A stretch of DNA of 63,703 bases, the filler included, from Bigelowiella natans CCMP2755 (lineage: Eukaryota; Protista; Cercozoa): NCBI GenBank assembly GCA_000320545.1. It is 6 parts of 6 records of this genome, joined end to end, with 100 filler letters (N's around TTAATTAATTAA, not from the genome) between each part and the next. Parts side by side here need not be neighbours in the genome. Positions count along the whole stretch, not along the records: positions 18,228 to 35,505 come from ADNK01002624.1; positions 35,606 to 52,927 come from ADNK01000610.1; 4 more parts are not named here. One strand, given 5' to 3'. Positions 31,310 through 45,205 of this stretch are shown here, piece by piece (position 1 is the stretch's first letter; the number at the start of each line of letters is the position of its first letter). The notes below the pieces were generated by a model that saw nothing but the letters and a program-made list of their open reading frames with translations, did not search any database and was not told where the DNA came from. The position numbers and the translations under genes are program-made.

Positions 31310-31753
31310 CTTACTACATTTATTACTCAGGCAAGATATAGAATGTTAGAAAGAATCTTACCGTATTCAAAGCCCTCCATAAGAGCCAAGGATAAAGTCA
31401 TTCCTTCATCACTGGTGTGTATAGTAGGGTTATTGCTGCCTTTAGAGAAAAAGAAAACAATGAAGAACTTGATAAGAATATTTCCAATTATAACGATGTA
31501 AATGCTCAAGTTACTACTAGATGATAATGAATCGATGTACTATCGATCATGTATACACAGCAGCAGCAGTGTGTGTTGTATTACTTCTCTTTGTTTTATC
31601 CCCTTCTCCTACCTATCTAAAATCATCATTCACTACGTACTGCCTAATAGCTAGTACCTTCTATATTATTCTCAATTTGAGGCAGCAGCAGCAGCAGTAG
31701 TAGAACCTGTGTGTACTGCTGTTCTTCTCTTTGATTCTCCTCCTTTTAACAAC

Positions 31754-31788
<35 letters not shown>

Positions 31789-32087
31789 CATAATGACTTA
31801 TTTCAGGTTTGCCACGCGTCTTTTGATGCTGCAAAGAGAGTGCGCAACTTACTTCAAGGAAAAGGGTATTATTGAAATAATCTGTATTATTGATCTATCT
31901 CTCTATACAGTAGTTAGTAGTATGATCAAATTATTGATAATTTCTCCTACACATACTAATAACAAATATGATATCAAATTACTACTACTACTGCTACTAT
32001 GGTTTTATTGGTAGTGTTAAATGATGTTGGATGGTGTTACTGCTACTCCGACAACTGCAACCACCACTACAACAACAACTACTATTG

Positions 32088-32120
<33 letters not shown>

Positions 32121-34135
32121 TCAAGGTTTAAGGAGGGAATGCCAAGCGATTTAGAGCTTAGAATGGCTGATGCTGATGGTGTGGATTTAAAAAGAACATC
32201 GAGGAGGTGGTGGTGGTGGTGTTTTATATGACGATCACAATGATGATGATGGTGATGATGATGATGATGATGATGGTGATAACGACGACTGCATATGACA
32301 TATATATATATATATATATATATATTATTTGCAGGAGAAGACATTGAAGGAGAGGGGTTTTGATTCCTCGGCAAGAACATGCCATCTCTGTGGAGAATTG
32401 ATCTATGGAAAAAAAGGCCTTCTTATTTACGAGAAGTAGTAGTAGTTGTAGTAGTAGTGGTAGTAACATTAAAAATGATAATAGTATTTTTCTTTTTCTT
32501 CTATACTACTACTAGCAGCTTTATGATGTTTTTGATCCTACCACATGATGCATATTCTTATTTATATCATCTAACACAGGAGGATCAATTGTTGCATATA
32601 TGTTGTACTGTTTTGTATCTGTGTGAATGGGGTTGATTTCTGTTCTATTCAAATTCAAACATATAATCAAGTCTAGTTTATTGATTCTAGTTGTGCTTAT
32701 CCACACACACGATAAGTGCATTCTCCATCCTTGTTTCTTCTTCTTCTTCTTCTTCTTCTTCTTCTTCTTCTAATTATTAATTACAAATGGATTAATAGAA
32801 AAGGGAGGAAAAAGAAGAAAGCTTATAATTATCACTTGGCATGTATTGCATGGACTCCTGAAGTGAAATGGAATCAATCGCAGCTCATAGGAGTCGATAA
32901 AGTTATAAAACGTAATAATAACACTTCGTCGTTACCGATACTATAACATCGCGTAATATATCATTATGCTTATTGTGTGCTTCATCATCATCATCATGTT
33001 CTTCATCTTGTTCTTCCGTATCCCCCCCTCATGATGACATGTTTAGGCAGCCAAAGCGGTAGACTCGAATGCTCTTACTGCAAGAAACCACGAGCATTGC
33101 TAGGATGTGTGATAATTGATGATTTGAATGATAAACAACTAACAACTACTACTGTGTGAAAATTGATGATTTGAATGATAAACAACTCACAACTACTACA
33201 GTGCGATAATTGATGATTTGAATGAAAAACAACTAACAACTACTCCTGCTGCTACCACTACACCCACTTGATGATATTGACCACTACAACTACTACTTAT
33301 GATGATGACTACTCTTCTCTTTCCTACAAGAAACAATCTTTTTTTTGGTACTCTTTTCTTATCCTTCCTTCTCGGTCTTCTTCGTGTTTCTTTTTACACT
33401 GAGTAGTAGTTGAACAAAATACGCTACTAGTATCACTTATAGCTACTAATAGGAAACACCATTACCACCACCACCACCACCACTAGCTATTCAAGTGATG
33501 ATGATACTGATAACAAATGGTAATAGTATTTAATGATTAATTATAGGTACTGGGGGAGAAGGGCTATCTTCAAAACAAAAGACGTTTCATTATAAATGTG
33601 CAAAAAAGGCCAAAGCGAAATTCATTCAAGCTCATGATTTTAGCTGGAAAGCGGTGATATTATTATTGTTATAATTGTTGACCACCACTGATATTATTAT
33701 TGTTATTATTGTACACCACCACCACCACTACTACTACTATTGTTATTATTCTCCGCCATCACGATGACTACTGCTACTGCTACTACTGTTTTATTTAAGT
33801 ATGCGTAATCGTGTTGTTGCATTGATACTACTACGTATGTGTTGTTGCATTGATACTATGTATTTAAGTATGCGTAATCATATTGTTGCATTGATACTAC
33901 GTATTTCAATACTGCTAGCTGCACTCTCCTCCTCCCTCCCCCCCCCCCCCCTCATTTTATGATAGATTGGTTCTTACTAATAATACTTGAACTATTATCA
34001 TCTTCATCATAATCATCATCTTCATTATTCTAAAGATTTTCTGCACGGATCATTTACATGCTGACTCGGAGTGTCAAAACGCTCTACTAAGTTCTTCTGA
34101 TGAGGAAGAAGAAGAAGAAGACACTGATGGTTCCT

Positions 34136-34169
<34 letters not shown>

Positions 34170-34577
34170 CTACAACAACAACGATGCGGTTTATACTAGC
34201 ACAAATGATTGTAAAAGTCTCCCAACAATGTGGTTGGTTGGTTTATTCATTTATATGTACTAAATTTACGTCGTACACTACTATGTATGTTATTATAACG
34301 GGCTGCTTTACATCATCATCATCATCATCATCATTATCATCATCATCATGTTCATGCTTTACATCATCATCATCATCATCATCATCTTCGTAGAGGTCAT
34401 GTCTCAGCACCCTCCCCAACAACACACACACACACACTATATTAGATATATTTTATTATTTACCATCTACTGTTATTCATGCATCATCAATCATCATCAT
34501 CAGCATGGATATCTCATAAGTAATTTGCAAAATCTGGTGCTAATGTTGAAAAATATTACTACTATTCTACAACTGTA

Positions 34578-34612
<35 letters not shown>

Positions 34613-34894
34613 CACCACTACTAAAAGCACGGAGAAAGAGAGAAAGATGTAATGATGGTGAATCATCCTCCTCCTCAAGATCAAGAACTTCTATGATGAA
34701 AATCACCAAGGTAGTGCCCACAACACTTCTACCATTGTAGTAGTTGTTGTTTAAGTGGATGGTGATTGCTCAATCATTGTAGTACTACTAGTAGAAGTAC
34801 TACTAGTAGTAGTAGTTAGTAGTTAGTAGTACTTAAGGAGTAGCAGCGGCAGGGTACCTAAGTAGTATGCATTCGTTGTTTCATCAGTTAAATG

Positions 34895-34932
<38 letters not shown>

Positions 34933-35288
34933 CAAGAAGAGGGATAATTTACAAATTAGACGATGACAAATAGCGACTATTGATGGATGATGCAAGCTGA
35001 AAATGATGATTTATACTAATTATTGAGCTACTATATATACTCCTACCACTACTACCACTAGCAGCAGCAGCAGTACCATTTGAAGTCCCATCATCATCAT
35101 CATCATCATCATCACCATATCTACGTGCATTTTTCCTTGAATGTATTTAGGTCAAGTGTGTATTGTGCAATAAAACCCTTGAAAAAAACACACCGAAGAG
35201 AGCATGGAGAGTAAAGAATACCTACGATCATCTAAGGGAATGCGTGTTTGATAACATCCCAGCTTTTGGGTATTCTTCTGTCAGTTAG
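25235..35288 (+). CDS. Multi-exon ankyrin-repeat protein with a ZZ-like Cys cluster and C-terminal CxxC motifs
   Basis: Ankyrin-like exons LLLEKGAS, YLLCKGANIDACDK, SALLWAVN, LHTAVQMG, TPLMVCC, GNTALHW, GYRPIHYAV. Cys cluster CDVQSC..YFYHCTRCSKDVCYEC. Last exon VKCVLCNK..YDHLREC..*. Confidence 0.75.
33107..33244 (+). repeat. Intronic minisatellite, 3 x 47 bp
   Basis: Units gtgtgataattgatgatttgaatgataaacaactaacaactactac start at 33107, 33154 and 33201. Confidence 0.9.
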
Positions 35289-35505
35289 AAGAATAGACGT
35301 ACAGTAAAGAATAAACCCATCGCCATCGTTTTGTTGTTGATGATATTTATCATCTTTCTAATCTGTACTATGCTCTATTGGTAGCACTTCTCAATAACTT
35401 GAAACATTATTTTCCTTTGATCTATGTTCAAATTTCTTGTGATGATCCATATTATTAGAATATGCATACAAATACAAATGCAAACACACACACACACACA
35501 CACAC

Positions 35506-35605
35506 NNNNNNNNNNNNNNNNNNNNNNNNNNNNNNNNNNNNNNNNNNNNTTAATTAATTAANNNNNNNNNNNNNNNNNNNNNNNNNNNNNNNNNNNNNNN
35601 NNNNN
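35506..35605. other. Artificial contig linker
   Basis: N44-TTAATTAATTAA-N44. Confidence 0.97.
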
Positions 35606-35680
35606 AGATTACGATGACAGCCTAATCAGAATAAAGCAGCAGCAGCAGCAGCAGCAGCAGTAGAGTAGTAGCAGTGGCAC

Positions 35681-36124
35681 CTTGAGGACGATCGCTAAAT
35701 GACAATGCCTCTTTTGGAAAAAGTTGAGCGCTTCGACCAAGTCCATCTCTTCCGTTACCTGAAAGCAACGGCAGGCAGCAGACAGAAGAGGAAGAAGAAG
35801 AGCACCGAGAAGAGGAGGAAAAGGGTCAGAGAAGCAGGGAGGAGGGAGAGAGGGAGGGAGAGAGGGAAGGAGGAACTCATAAATCATATCAAGGCACTAC
35901 TACTGCTGCTACTGCTACTACTACTCCTTATCATCATCATTCTCATCATCATCGTCGTCGGTGTATCATGATGAGAATGCTCACCGCCAAAGGCTTTCTA
36001 TACAGCACCTACAGCAGGAATAGGAGGAGGAGGAGGAGGAGGAGGAGGAGGAGCAAAAAGGAGGAATAAGAAGGAGGACATACAATGGTCTGAAAAGTGA
36101 CAACCAATATGTCGCGATATATAC

Positions 36125-36165
<41 letters not shown>

Positions 36166-37188
36166 AAGCTGAACGCACTCATCATCATCATTACTGAGCT
36201 TGCCTTGGAACACTGGGCACAACGTGCAGCAGCAACAACAGCAAGAGGCAGCAACCACCAAAACCACCACCACCACCACCACCACCATGCAAGCATGCAT
36301 ACAAGCCCACCTTCTTAACGGGGACTTCATCCTCAGGATTTAGCAAGATCAGGCGCTTTATTAGGAGCATTCCCTATAGAGCAGCAGCAGCAGTAGTCGT
36401 AGTATCATTAGTACCTCGAAATGAAGCAGAGACACCGACTCGCAAGAGTAGAGTGCTACCATCATCATCATCATCATCATCACCGCCACCAACATCCTCA
36501 GCATCGTCGTCGTGGTCGTCGCCATGAGCCATTAATACTACCACGATGTTTGCCCTTCGGTCTTTATACACGGGGATTCGAGAATGCCCTTATATGTTAG
36601 TGGCGACGATGATGACGACGACGATGATGATGATGATGATGATGATGAAGATGAAGATGAAGATGATGATGATGATGATGGTGATGATGATTCCCTTGCA
36701 TCATCCAATTTCGTCGTCGTTATGTTATATCGTAGTGTGCCTTGTGTGTAATCCCTATTCAACCTTCAGCTACCGCTACTGCTACTGCTGCTGACCCCCC
36801 CCCCCCCTCTCTTGCTGTCAAACACTCCTACCATGAGCCATGATGTCTGCCATTATGTCAGAATTCAACACCTGAAGAAAGCAGAACAAACACAATTATT
36901 CGGTGGTGGGTGCGCTATGCTCACACGTGTGCTAGTAATACGATCAGGATATAATGCATGAGAGTAACATTAACAGCGACAACAATAACGCAACAAAAAG
37001 GGCAGGGTTGACCAACACGACTACAACCCAGCACCATGGGGTGTCATATGAGGTCGTTTCTCTCGCACCGTGTTGTAATCCAGCATGAAGATCTCGCTCT
37101 CTGGGGTCATCGCCTCTTTAACCGTGATATTTCGCAATTGCAGCGCACCTGACGAACAACACGCACATCCACAGATAGAGATAGAGAT

Positions 37189-37221
<33 letters not shown>

Positions 37222-37593
37222 ATCTGTAAGATTGTTATTCCCTCCTCATCCTCCTCCTCCTCATCCTCCTGCTCCTTCCAATCATCATCATCATCATCAT
37301 CATCATCATTTTCATGTCAGCAAGGCACAGGAGACGCTCAACGGAGAACATGCCATCAACCCTCCGAATGCTGTGAGCAGAATGGCCAACCAATCGTTCA
37401 CTTTTGAGACGCACACGCAATCAAGCGTGGATGGAAAATCGCAGCGTTGTCATGCGGCCCTCCCGTGCCCCCCCCCCCCCCCCACCCCAAGTCTGCCCTC
37501 TCGTCTTCGCCGCCATTCTCCATAAATCTCCACCACTACAGCAGCTGTTCAGGGGTTGTTTCTTCTACTACTACTAGTAAAAGTAGTAACTAT

Positions 37594-37636
<43 letters not shown>

Positions 37637-38508
37637 AATACCTTGAATAATCCGGACTTCGTCCACTTCCTGCAGGTCGCCCCCCTTATCTCGGCGCTGA
37701 TGAAAAACGACCATGGGCAGCAGCCGTTATCAGCCGTTATCAGCCATTATCAGCAGCATGCATTCATTATCACCAGGATGAGACGTGCATCGATGATGGA
37801 TGGGGACCGCATGCGTAAAGGGGGGGGATAAGGAGGAGGAGGAAAAAAGAGGCATCATGATGCGGCCGATGGGGACGGCGGCAGTTGTTATGTTGTGTAT
37901 TTTAATATAACACGTAGATATATGAATCAGACGAATATTTCGATCGGGTTTGGGTAGAGTGCTGCCCCCACCCACCTTGGAGTGGAAGGAGATGAGTGTC
38001 GCGAGCTCGGAGCGGCGGAAGAGGTACCGCTTGCCGTCGTGGCCGAGAATCTATCAGGGTAGTAAGTGCTACATGTGCGTGTGCGTGCGACGTGCTCGCT
38101 GCTACATACTTCGTGTCACCCCCCCCCCCCGCCCCCTCAGCAGCACCACCATCGCATCTCAATCTTCACTGAGCATGAAGAACACACTGCTGGCATTCGT
38201 GCTAAACAGATACGTGATCTCATCGTAAATTAGCATTGTTTTCTTTTTGCTGTACCAAGTCGAGCATAGCAGCAATCGGATAGACCTTATCGACGATGGG
38301 GGGCGGAGAGAACACAATAATCAAGCAGTGAAAAGGTGAAGATTCATGATACAGGTGAATTGCCAACTAAGAGATTGACATGACAACAGCTTAAAAAAGG
38401 GAGATCAGGAAATACGGGGAAGGGGGGGAGGGTGGAGGGGACATGGTCGATTACCAAGGGGATCTCCAACGTCATAAGGCAGGATATGAACGGTGCCTGC
38501 ATTGGTTT

Positions 38509-38545
<37 letters not shown>

Positions 38546-38801
38546 CGTATACACGGCGAGGAATGACAATGGTGACCCTGAGAATAGCGGCATCACCATC
38601 ATCATCATCCTCACTATCATCATGATTACAACAACAGTCGCAACAACAACAACAACAACAACAACAGCATCATCATCATCATCATCAACAACAACAACAA
38701 CAACTGCAACTACAACTACAACAGCAACAACCCATATCGCTCCGATCTGGAGCGGGTTCTTGGTGCAGAGGGCTTGCGGAATGACCTGGCCGTTGGTTCC
38801 C

Positions 38802-38835
<34 letters not shown>

Positions 38836-39079
38836 GCAACAGTGTGTTCTTTGGTTGTGGCGGGTAACGAACAAGATTGGGACATTTCCTAACCGTGGAT
38901 GATGATGATAATGATGATGAAGATGATTATGGTGATGGTGATGGTGATGACAGATGACGACAGAGGAACTACTCGCAAATGTAAAATATACACTGCGGCA
39001 GACAGAATGCTTTGGTGCCTACCTCCCCGAAGAACAGCACAAAGGTCACACTGAACGTAGTAGCAACAAAGCAAATCCA

Positions 39080-39133
<54 letters not shown>

Positions 39134-39385
39134 AACGTGGAAGCGAAAACTGCTTTGATTTCTGCACGGAAACGACTTTGAACAAACCAGAGCAAACGAG
39201 AGGACTTGCGGTATGGAAGGGGTGGGGGGAGGGGGGAGTGCCTGGCATAATCGAAAGCATAACAGCACTGCTGCAAGTGCTCCATCCTACTACCTCAAGA
39301 TAATAGCGATATAGCTCGGAAAGAGAGAGTCCAGGAATATTGGTAGAGCCTGAGTAGTAGTGTGTCAACACCATCCATCATTTCA

Positions 39386-39455
<70 letters not shown>

Positions 39456-40541
39456 TGTGCGCTACATTACCTCCATGGCTGCGGCATTCGTGAGAAGAAG
39501 GGTCACCTTGAAACGGAAGAAAGGAAGAGAAGAAGAAGAAGAAGAAAAGGAAGAAGAAGAAGAAGAAGACAAAAAACGGAATATCATCAAAAAGATTGAG
39601 AAGAAGGAGGGTGGGATATACTCACCAACAAACAACTTTCAGTGCTTGCTAGATTATTGCAAAATGAAGAGGAATTTATACATATACACATATGTATATT
39701 TATGTTGAGATAGAGCGAGTCGTCATTTGTGCAGGGAGTGATGATGAGTATATAATAATACAAACAAGAAGATTGTAGTAGTAGCGATTATGTACCAGCA
39801 GCCTGTGATGGTTCCTCATCACTGGTTCCACCATCTCGGCCCGTTTCCTATTCTCCTGATCCGCAGGAAGCTTCGACTCCTAAAGAGGGGAGGCGGACGG
39901 ATGCTTAGAGATGTTCATTCAGAATGGCGATCCTCCTCCTCCTCCTCCTCCTCACTACTACTACTGCTACTACTTTAAGAATATCAAGGCGAAGAGGATC
40001 GATTGAGCTGAAACCGACGGTAAGCCCTGAAAACAGCAACGGCAGTAGTAAATATAACTAGCTGCTCTCTGATGGACGACGACAACAACAACAACAACCT
40101 CGATATCAACAGTGATTGGTCTGCAACGATGCTGCGATGGATGATGCCGATGGCAGATGGTGGCAATCCCAACGCAGAAACGTGTCATTTGGTGAATCTT
40201 ACCGCTCATCACTCCTGCGAGACATACGAGAAATAAACCTGGAGAAAGGGCGGTGGTGGTGGTGGTGGTGGCAACGAGGTGATGAGAACGGGGCTGCAGT
40301 CAATCGTTGAGAGAGATCGTTTTTTTTATTTTCACATCGTTAGCGTCTGCTATTATCCGGCTACCAATACTATTACTACTACTCCTCCTAGTACTACTAC
40401 TAGTAGTACTATAATTTCATGTTGCTATTATTCATTACATATTCCGACGTTGAACCAGTAAGCGGAAGTCCCAAATTGAAGCCGCTGCTCTTCACATTCT
40501 TGGGACACGTTGCTGTTGCTGCCAGGAATAGCATAGTGAGA

Positions 40542-40576
<35 letters not shown>

Positions 40577-40890
40577 GAGGTCAGTTGGGGATCGATCGAC
40601 GAGATAATAGTCGTCTCGAATTTGCTCTCGCCCAATCACCTTTCCGATCCATGTTCACTTAGGCTGCGGTCCTTAGATGTTCCATGAGGGCTGACGGCCT
40701 TATAGAGCTTTCCTTCAAAGAGCAGTGTGACTTCATCGACAACTTGAAACTGCTGTGGGTTTCCCAGAAGTCCCGCACGGCTCGACCCAGCGTTCATGAA
40801 GTAACATGCTAACATAAAAAAGAAACTTGCGAGGAGCAACCCAGCCCCCCCGAAGTAACGCCAGCGTGTGGTGGCGGCGTGATGCGACTG
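35681..40890 (-). CDS. CNNM/DUF21 plus CBS-pair metal (Mg2+) transporter-like protein (3' end truncated by linker, start uncertain)
   Basis: LVTLLLTNAAAME, SVTFVLFFGEV/IPQALCTKNPLQIGA, LFRRSELATLI, EVRIIQ/GALQLRNITVKEAMTP..IFML, HG/YSRIPVY, GMLLIKRLILLNPED, LNFFQKRHCHLAIV. Confidence 0.92.
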
Positions 40891-42019
40891 CAGATAAAAA
40901 AAAAATAATGATCTTTTACTTTGTAATTAGCGTTTACTTGATGAAGTGAAGTGATATGCTCCTCTGTTTGTTTCTAGTTAGCTAATGCGCTGCTCGTAGA
41001 TTCTCGCAATGCAGAGGATGACAACTCTCTGAGGAAACTCTCGACTGTATCTCCCGCCGTTCGATTCACGTCACATCAGCAAATACTGGATAAGGACAAA
41101 AGGCGACGCGCAATGGGGATGGCGATAACTCAACATCGAACAAGACGACTTCGTCTCCACATTCTTCCTCTCGTGTGGTAACCTGGAACATTCTTCTGAT
41201 GAGAGGGATCGCTTCGGATGTGCTTGGCGCGCAGATCTGAGAATGGAGTCGTGAAAAGTTACTTCCAGGTTCCGGATGTGCGAATCTTCGTAGCCCACAA
41301 CAATCCTACAACAATGTATTTATTGTTGTGGGGGATACTCTAATAATACACCCAAAAACATCTAAAACTAGATCTATTCGGAATAAGGCGGTTGGAAAAG
41401 AAGAATGTGCGTTCCGAAGTTTTGCCGAGAGGTTGTGATTCGAGGTCGATCACGTGTATATATAAATGCATGGTTTTTTTGCAAAGCGACAATGAAGACA
41501 TGATGTCGTTCGATATCTAAGTTTTGGGCACCATCGGGAGTTACATGAAGTTACACTTTTGGCGGAAAGCCTCGATTCTTGAATGAATGCATGAAAGAAT
41601 GAATATGGGGAGAACAGGAAGATCTGTCGATACGACACGCTGCAGATGTGGGTGGGCCCTCATCTAGCTAGGCAAGCCTTTCGCGTAGTCCGACTATACT
41701 GTCGCGCTGCCTCTACAATGTTTGCCACGCAGCTCGCATTAGTGAACGTATCCGCGTGACACGAAGATTGGCGATCCCTTCGGTTTGCATCAAAACCATG
41801 ATCTCCTTACTCTTATGATTTCGGGCTCGAAATCGATGAGTTTGCGACATTTTCCCAAAATGATCCATTTCTAATGAGGAAGACGACTCTTCATTATTCG
41901 TCTTCTTAAGCTAATGCAAGAACTAATTCTAGTAGCCTAAGGCGTGCGTACTCGGCAACTTCAACGAAGATTTAAGTCGTTGTTGCTATTACTTTCTTTC
42001 AGGTAAATAGAAAAACTTG

Positions 42020-43596
42020 AACCTGTACAACCATTGACTGAACGATGTCCTGGATAACCAAACCGTTGGAAATAAGCTACTCAAAAAGCGTGAAAGGTAC
42101 CTAACATTGCCAGAAGTTGAAATCGGAGAAGTTGAAAATGTCGTGTTCTGGTAATGCAGCGAAACCCTGGCAATCCGGATTGTATTGGGCTTTGACCTTG
42201 ACCATTTTTCTTATCTTGGTAATTGAAAGAACAGCACATTACTATTCCTCTTTTAAGTGACTCTCTGATCTCCAACTGTGGGTAGATCATATTTTACGCC
42301 GGGGAAGGAAAAACAATTACGGTTTCCAAAAACAACTATGAATCAGGATGTTCCCCTGAACCTATTAATCTTGAAGCTTTGGTAAGTCCCTTCATTATTT
42401 CCACAAATGATGTCAACCAATTGCCGTGTGGCTGTTGCAGGTGGTAGCTGCTCATCAATTCCGCGTTGGCTCTAATTGCACACAATCCGTATTGGGATTT
42501 TCGCGGAGTGCGGACATAATATCTTTCACGTGGCAAGTTGTTCCAGTCGGCCGAAACCAAAAGTTGTTTTCTTTCGCAGTGTCATACAGTGACATCATGG
42601 GGACATCATTGGTATTACGTCCTTCAACTCTAGCAAACATTAGCCAATATGTCGAACCACTGGGAAAAGGAGGAGCCGTGAAATGTGAGACATTTCCATC
42701 TTCATGTATTGACGATCCATCTGCAACATACTCAAGTGGCTTTGGGCCAGAAAACATCACGATTTCGAACTTGTTCGACACTCAACTGTTTTCCACAATC
42801 CATGACAAGGATGCTGTTGATGCGATACGAGCTGACATTCAGAGTCAATTGGCAGTGGAAATCTATAACCTCTGTCTTTTGGGGGAAGATGCAATTTCAT
42901 TCTCCTGCGAAGTTGTAATAGAGCCGACTTTCTTTCAAGTTTGTGTCATTGCTTTGACTGTGGCTAGCTCTGCACAGGGATTTATGTTAATCCTATTTTC
43001 AATTCTGTATGGACCGGATCCAGAATCATCAGCAAAGGCAGATCTGACTTTGAATCACGGGCTGGAGAAGGAGCAATCTTCAAGGTAGTGAGTTATTATT
43101 AGTAGGTATTTCTGCTGATATTGTAATGGAAGATGTATGTGGCAGCAAAAATAAGGATTGAATGATTTGTTTATATCGGAAAGCGATGCATAATATATTC
43201 ATGAAGTCCGTCAATAATTTTCACAACAGTGAGCAGAGGAAACCTGAAAAATACCCCCTGGACCAAAGAACTGTTAGATTTCAAGACGACGATAGAACTG
43301 GTGAGTGACCCACTTGAGCACACATCACAAATATTAGTCATCTCTTCTACTATATGAAAATTTTATTTACTCAACACTGTGTATCCTCTGAGAACTTTGT
43401 ATTCGTATCCATAGAATCTAAGGGCCATCAGTACATTCGAATGACATCTACTGCAAAGACTGAAGCTGCTGAAGGCAAGCGCCGTCGAAAGGAGTCCGAG
43501 CTTGCAACGAGTTTCACCACTGCAAGATCAAGTATACCTGCTAGCTTCAATACAGAAAATCCGTATGAACCAGTTAGATGGGATAACCTTACGTAA
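42020..43596 (+). CDS. Hypothetical membrane protein (start not resolved)
   Basis: 220-aa non-repetitive ORF with hydrophobic segment FFQVCVIALTVASSAQGFMLILFSILY, spliced in phase to two further exons ending PVRWDNLT*. Confidence 0.6.
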
Positions 43597-44240
43597 TTCA
43601 ATTGCTAAGCTTTCTCACAATAGACATAGTATATATTAAACATACTATGTATGTATATATAGTTCTCTTTGGCAGACATTGAAAAATACCATATGTTTTA
43701 AATGAATCTCAAGCGTGGAGACATATGTCAGAAAATGCTCAGAAAATGCTCTTGTAAAATTAAACAAACATTTTCGAATTAATATTCATATTGCCAAGTG
43801 TCCAAATATAAGCTCCAAATTAAATCACCCAAAGATGTTTCTTCAATATGGTGAGCCCACATAGCTCCTAACCAATTGACATTATAATTTTAATTTCCTG
43901 TTCAAATTGAAATACCTTTGTCGATGTTCAAACGTTATATATTAAAAATAGACAAGCCAAGTTATGCTATTTGTTATGAATAAACCAGCTAGCTACAATA
44001 TAACAAGCGCACATAATTCTAACGCGAGACCTTATGTCGCTGCAATGCAACGAATTACATGCCAGCAAATGCAGCGCTTGCGAGGCAATGTGATGAGACA
44101 AGTTTTGAGCACATGTGCGTGATGCATGTGAGCAAGTAGTAGTAGTCTGTTTAAATTTCTCACCTCGCGATAGCTAATGAAGTAATCTGCCTGATATAGC
44201 TAGTGCAATACTCCGACCAGAGCCCCCATATATTACATAT

Positions 44241-44641
44241 GAGACGGATGTAATGAACAATTAAATTTTTTCAATGGTCATCCTGATGTAGCTGTGCAAT
44301 GCAGCGGCTACAGCGCTAATGTTGTGTCTGTTGGTTTTTGCCACCACGTGCTTTATGCATTTGAAAGCGTCCTCGTGCGACCGATGTTGTCGCGCGCTGC
44401 GCGCAACAGTTCTTGAATTTTTTTCAGCCTTTGTTAGCCGGTTCGTCTCGTCGTTGCGATTCATGATTGCGCTCATTTGATTGCGCAATCTAATTTGTTG
44501 CTGACCATGTGTTGGACATTGCAGGAGATGATCCATGTCCTTCAGGATGCCACATGTATCGCATGTGGCATCTGTCTCTGCACATTGTCCACGTGAAAAC
44601 ATGAATTTTCCAAGATTGCCGACTCCACAGATGGCGCGCAT
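44241..44641 (-). mobile_element. Non-LTR retrotransposon (LINE-like) ORF2 3' fragment with a CCHC zinc knuckle
   Basis: RAICGVGNLGKFMF..CDTCG..DMDHLLQCP matches the C-terminal CxxC..H..C knuckle found after LINE RT. The 3' end is shared with copies at 3106 and 8837. Confidence 0.75.
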
Positions 44642-45205
44642 CCATGATGTAGCGACACTTGGAAGTTTACATATATGAGGGCTCTGTTCCGTAATCCGTC
44701 TCGAATATATGTAGTTTCATACACATGTTCTTAGTATCATTATAGTGTGGATTTATATATGTGTTCTTATCATATATGGGGCCTCTGGTTCTGGATTTTC
44801 ATAGGACATGCAATGAGATGAGCGACGCCTTAAGCTACGCACGTGCCGCCCTTCTAGACTTGTCATGTCGTAGAGTGCTGTATGTTGAGCATGATAGAAA
44901 GTAACATAACGCATAGCAGACACGTCTCTACTAGTTCACTGTCGCGATAATTGCTGCGCTTGTTTTTTGCACGATATCTCTAGTTGAGATATGTACGTGC
45001 GTACGATGCAGCGTGTGTGTCTATCTATAGCGTCATGTCGGCGGATGCGTGCAGTTTAACCAATTAGAATGAGCACGATCAGGACACATTTTGCTTTCCT
45101 TTCATTTTAAATAACATTTTAAACACACATACGACAAATTTTAAATAACCACTACTTGTAACTTAAGTATCTCTACACCTCTGGCTCCTTAATCCTTCTT
45201 TTTTC

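Noticed and set aside
33107-33244. CRISPR-like array
   Set aside because: The units are contiguous with no unique spacers, lie in a eukaryotic intron, and have no cas genes nearby.
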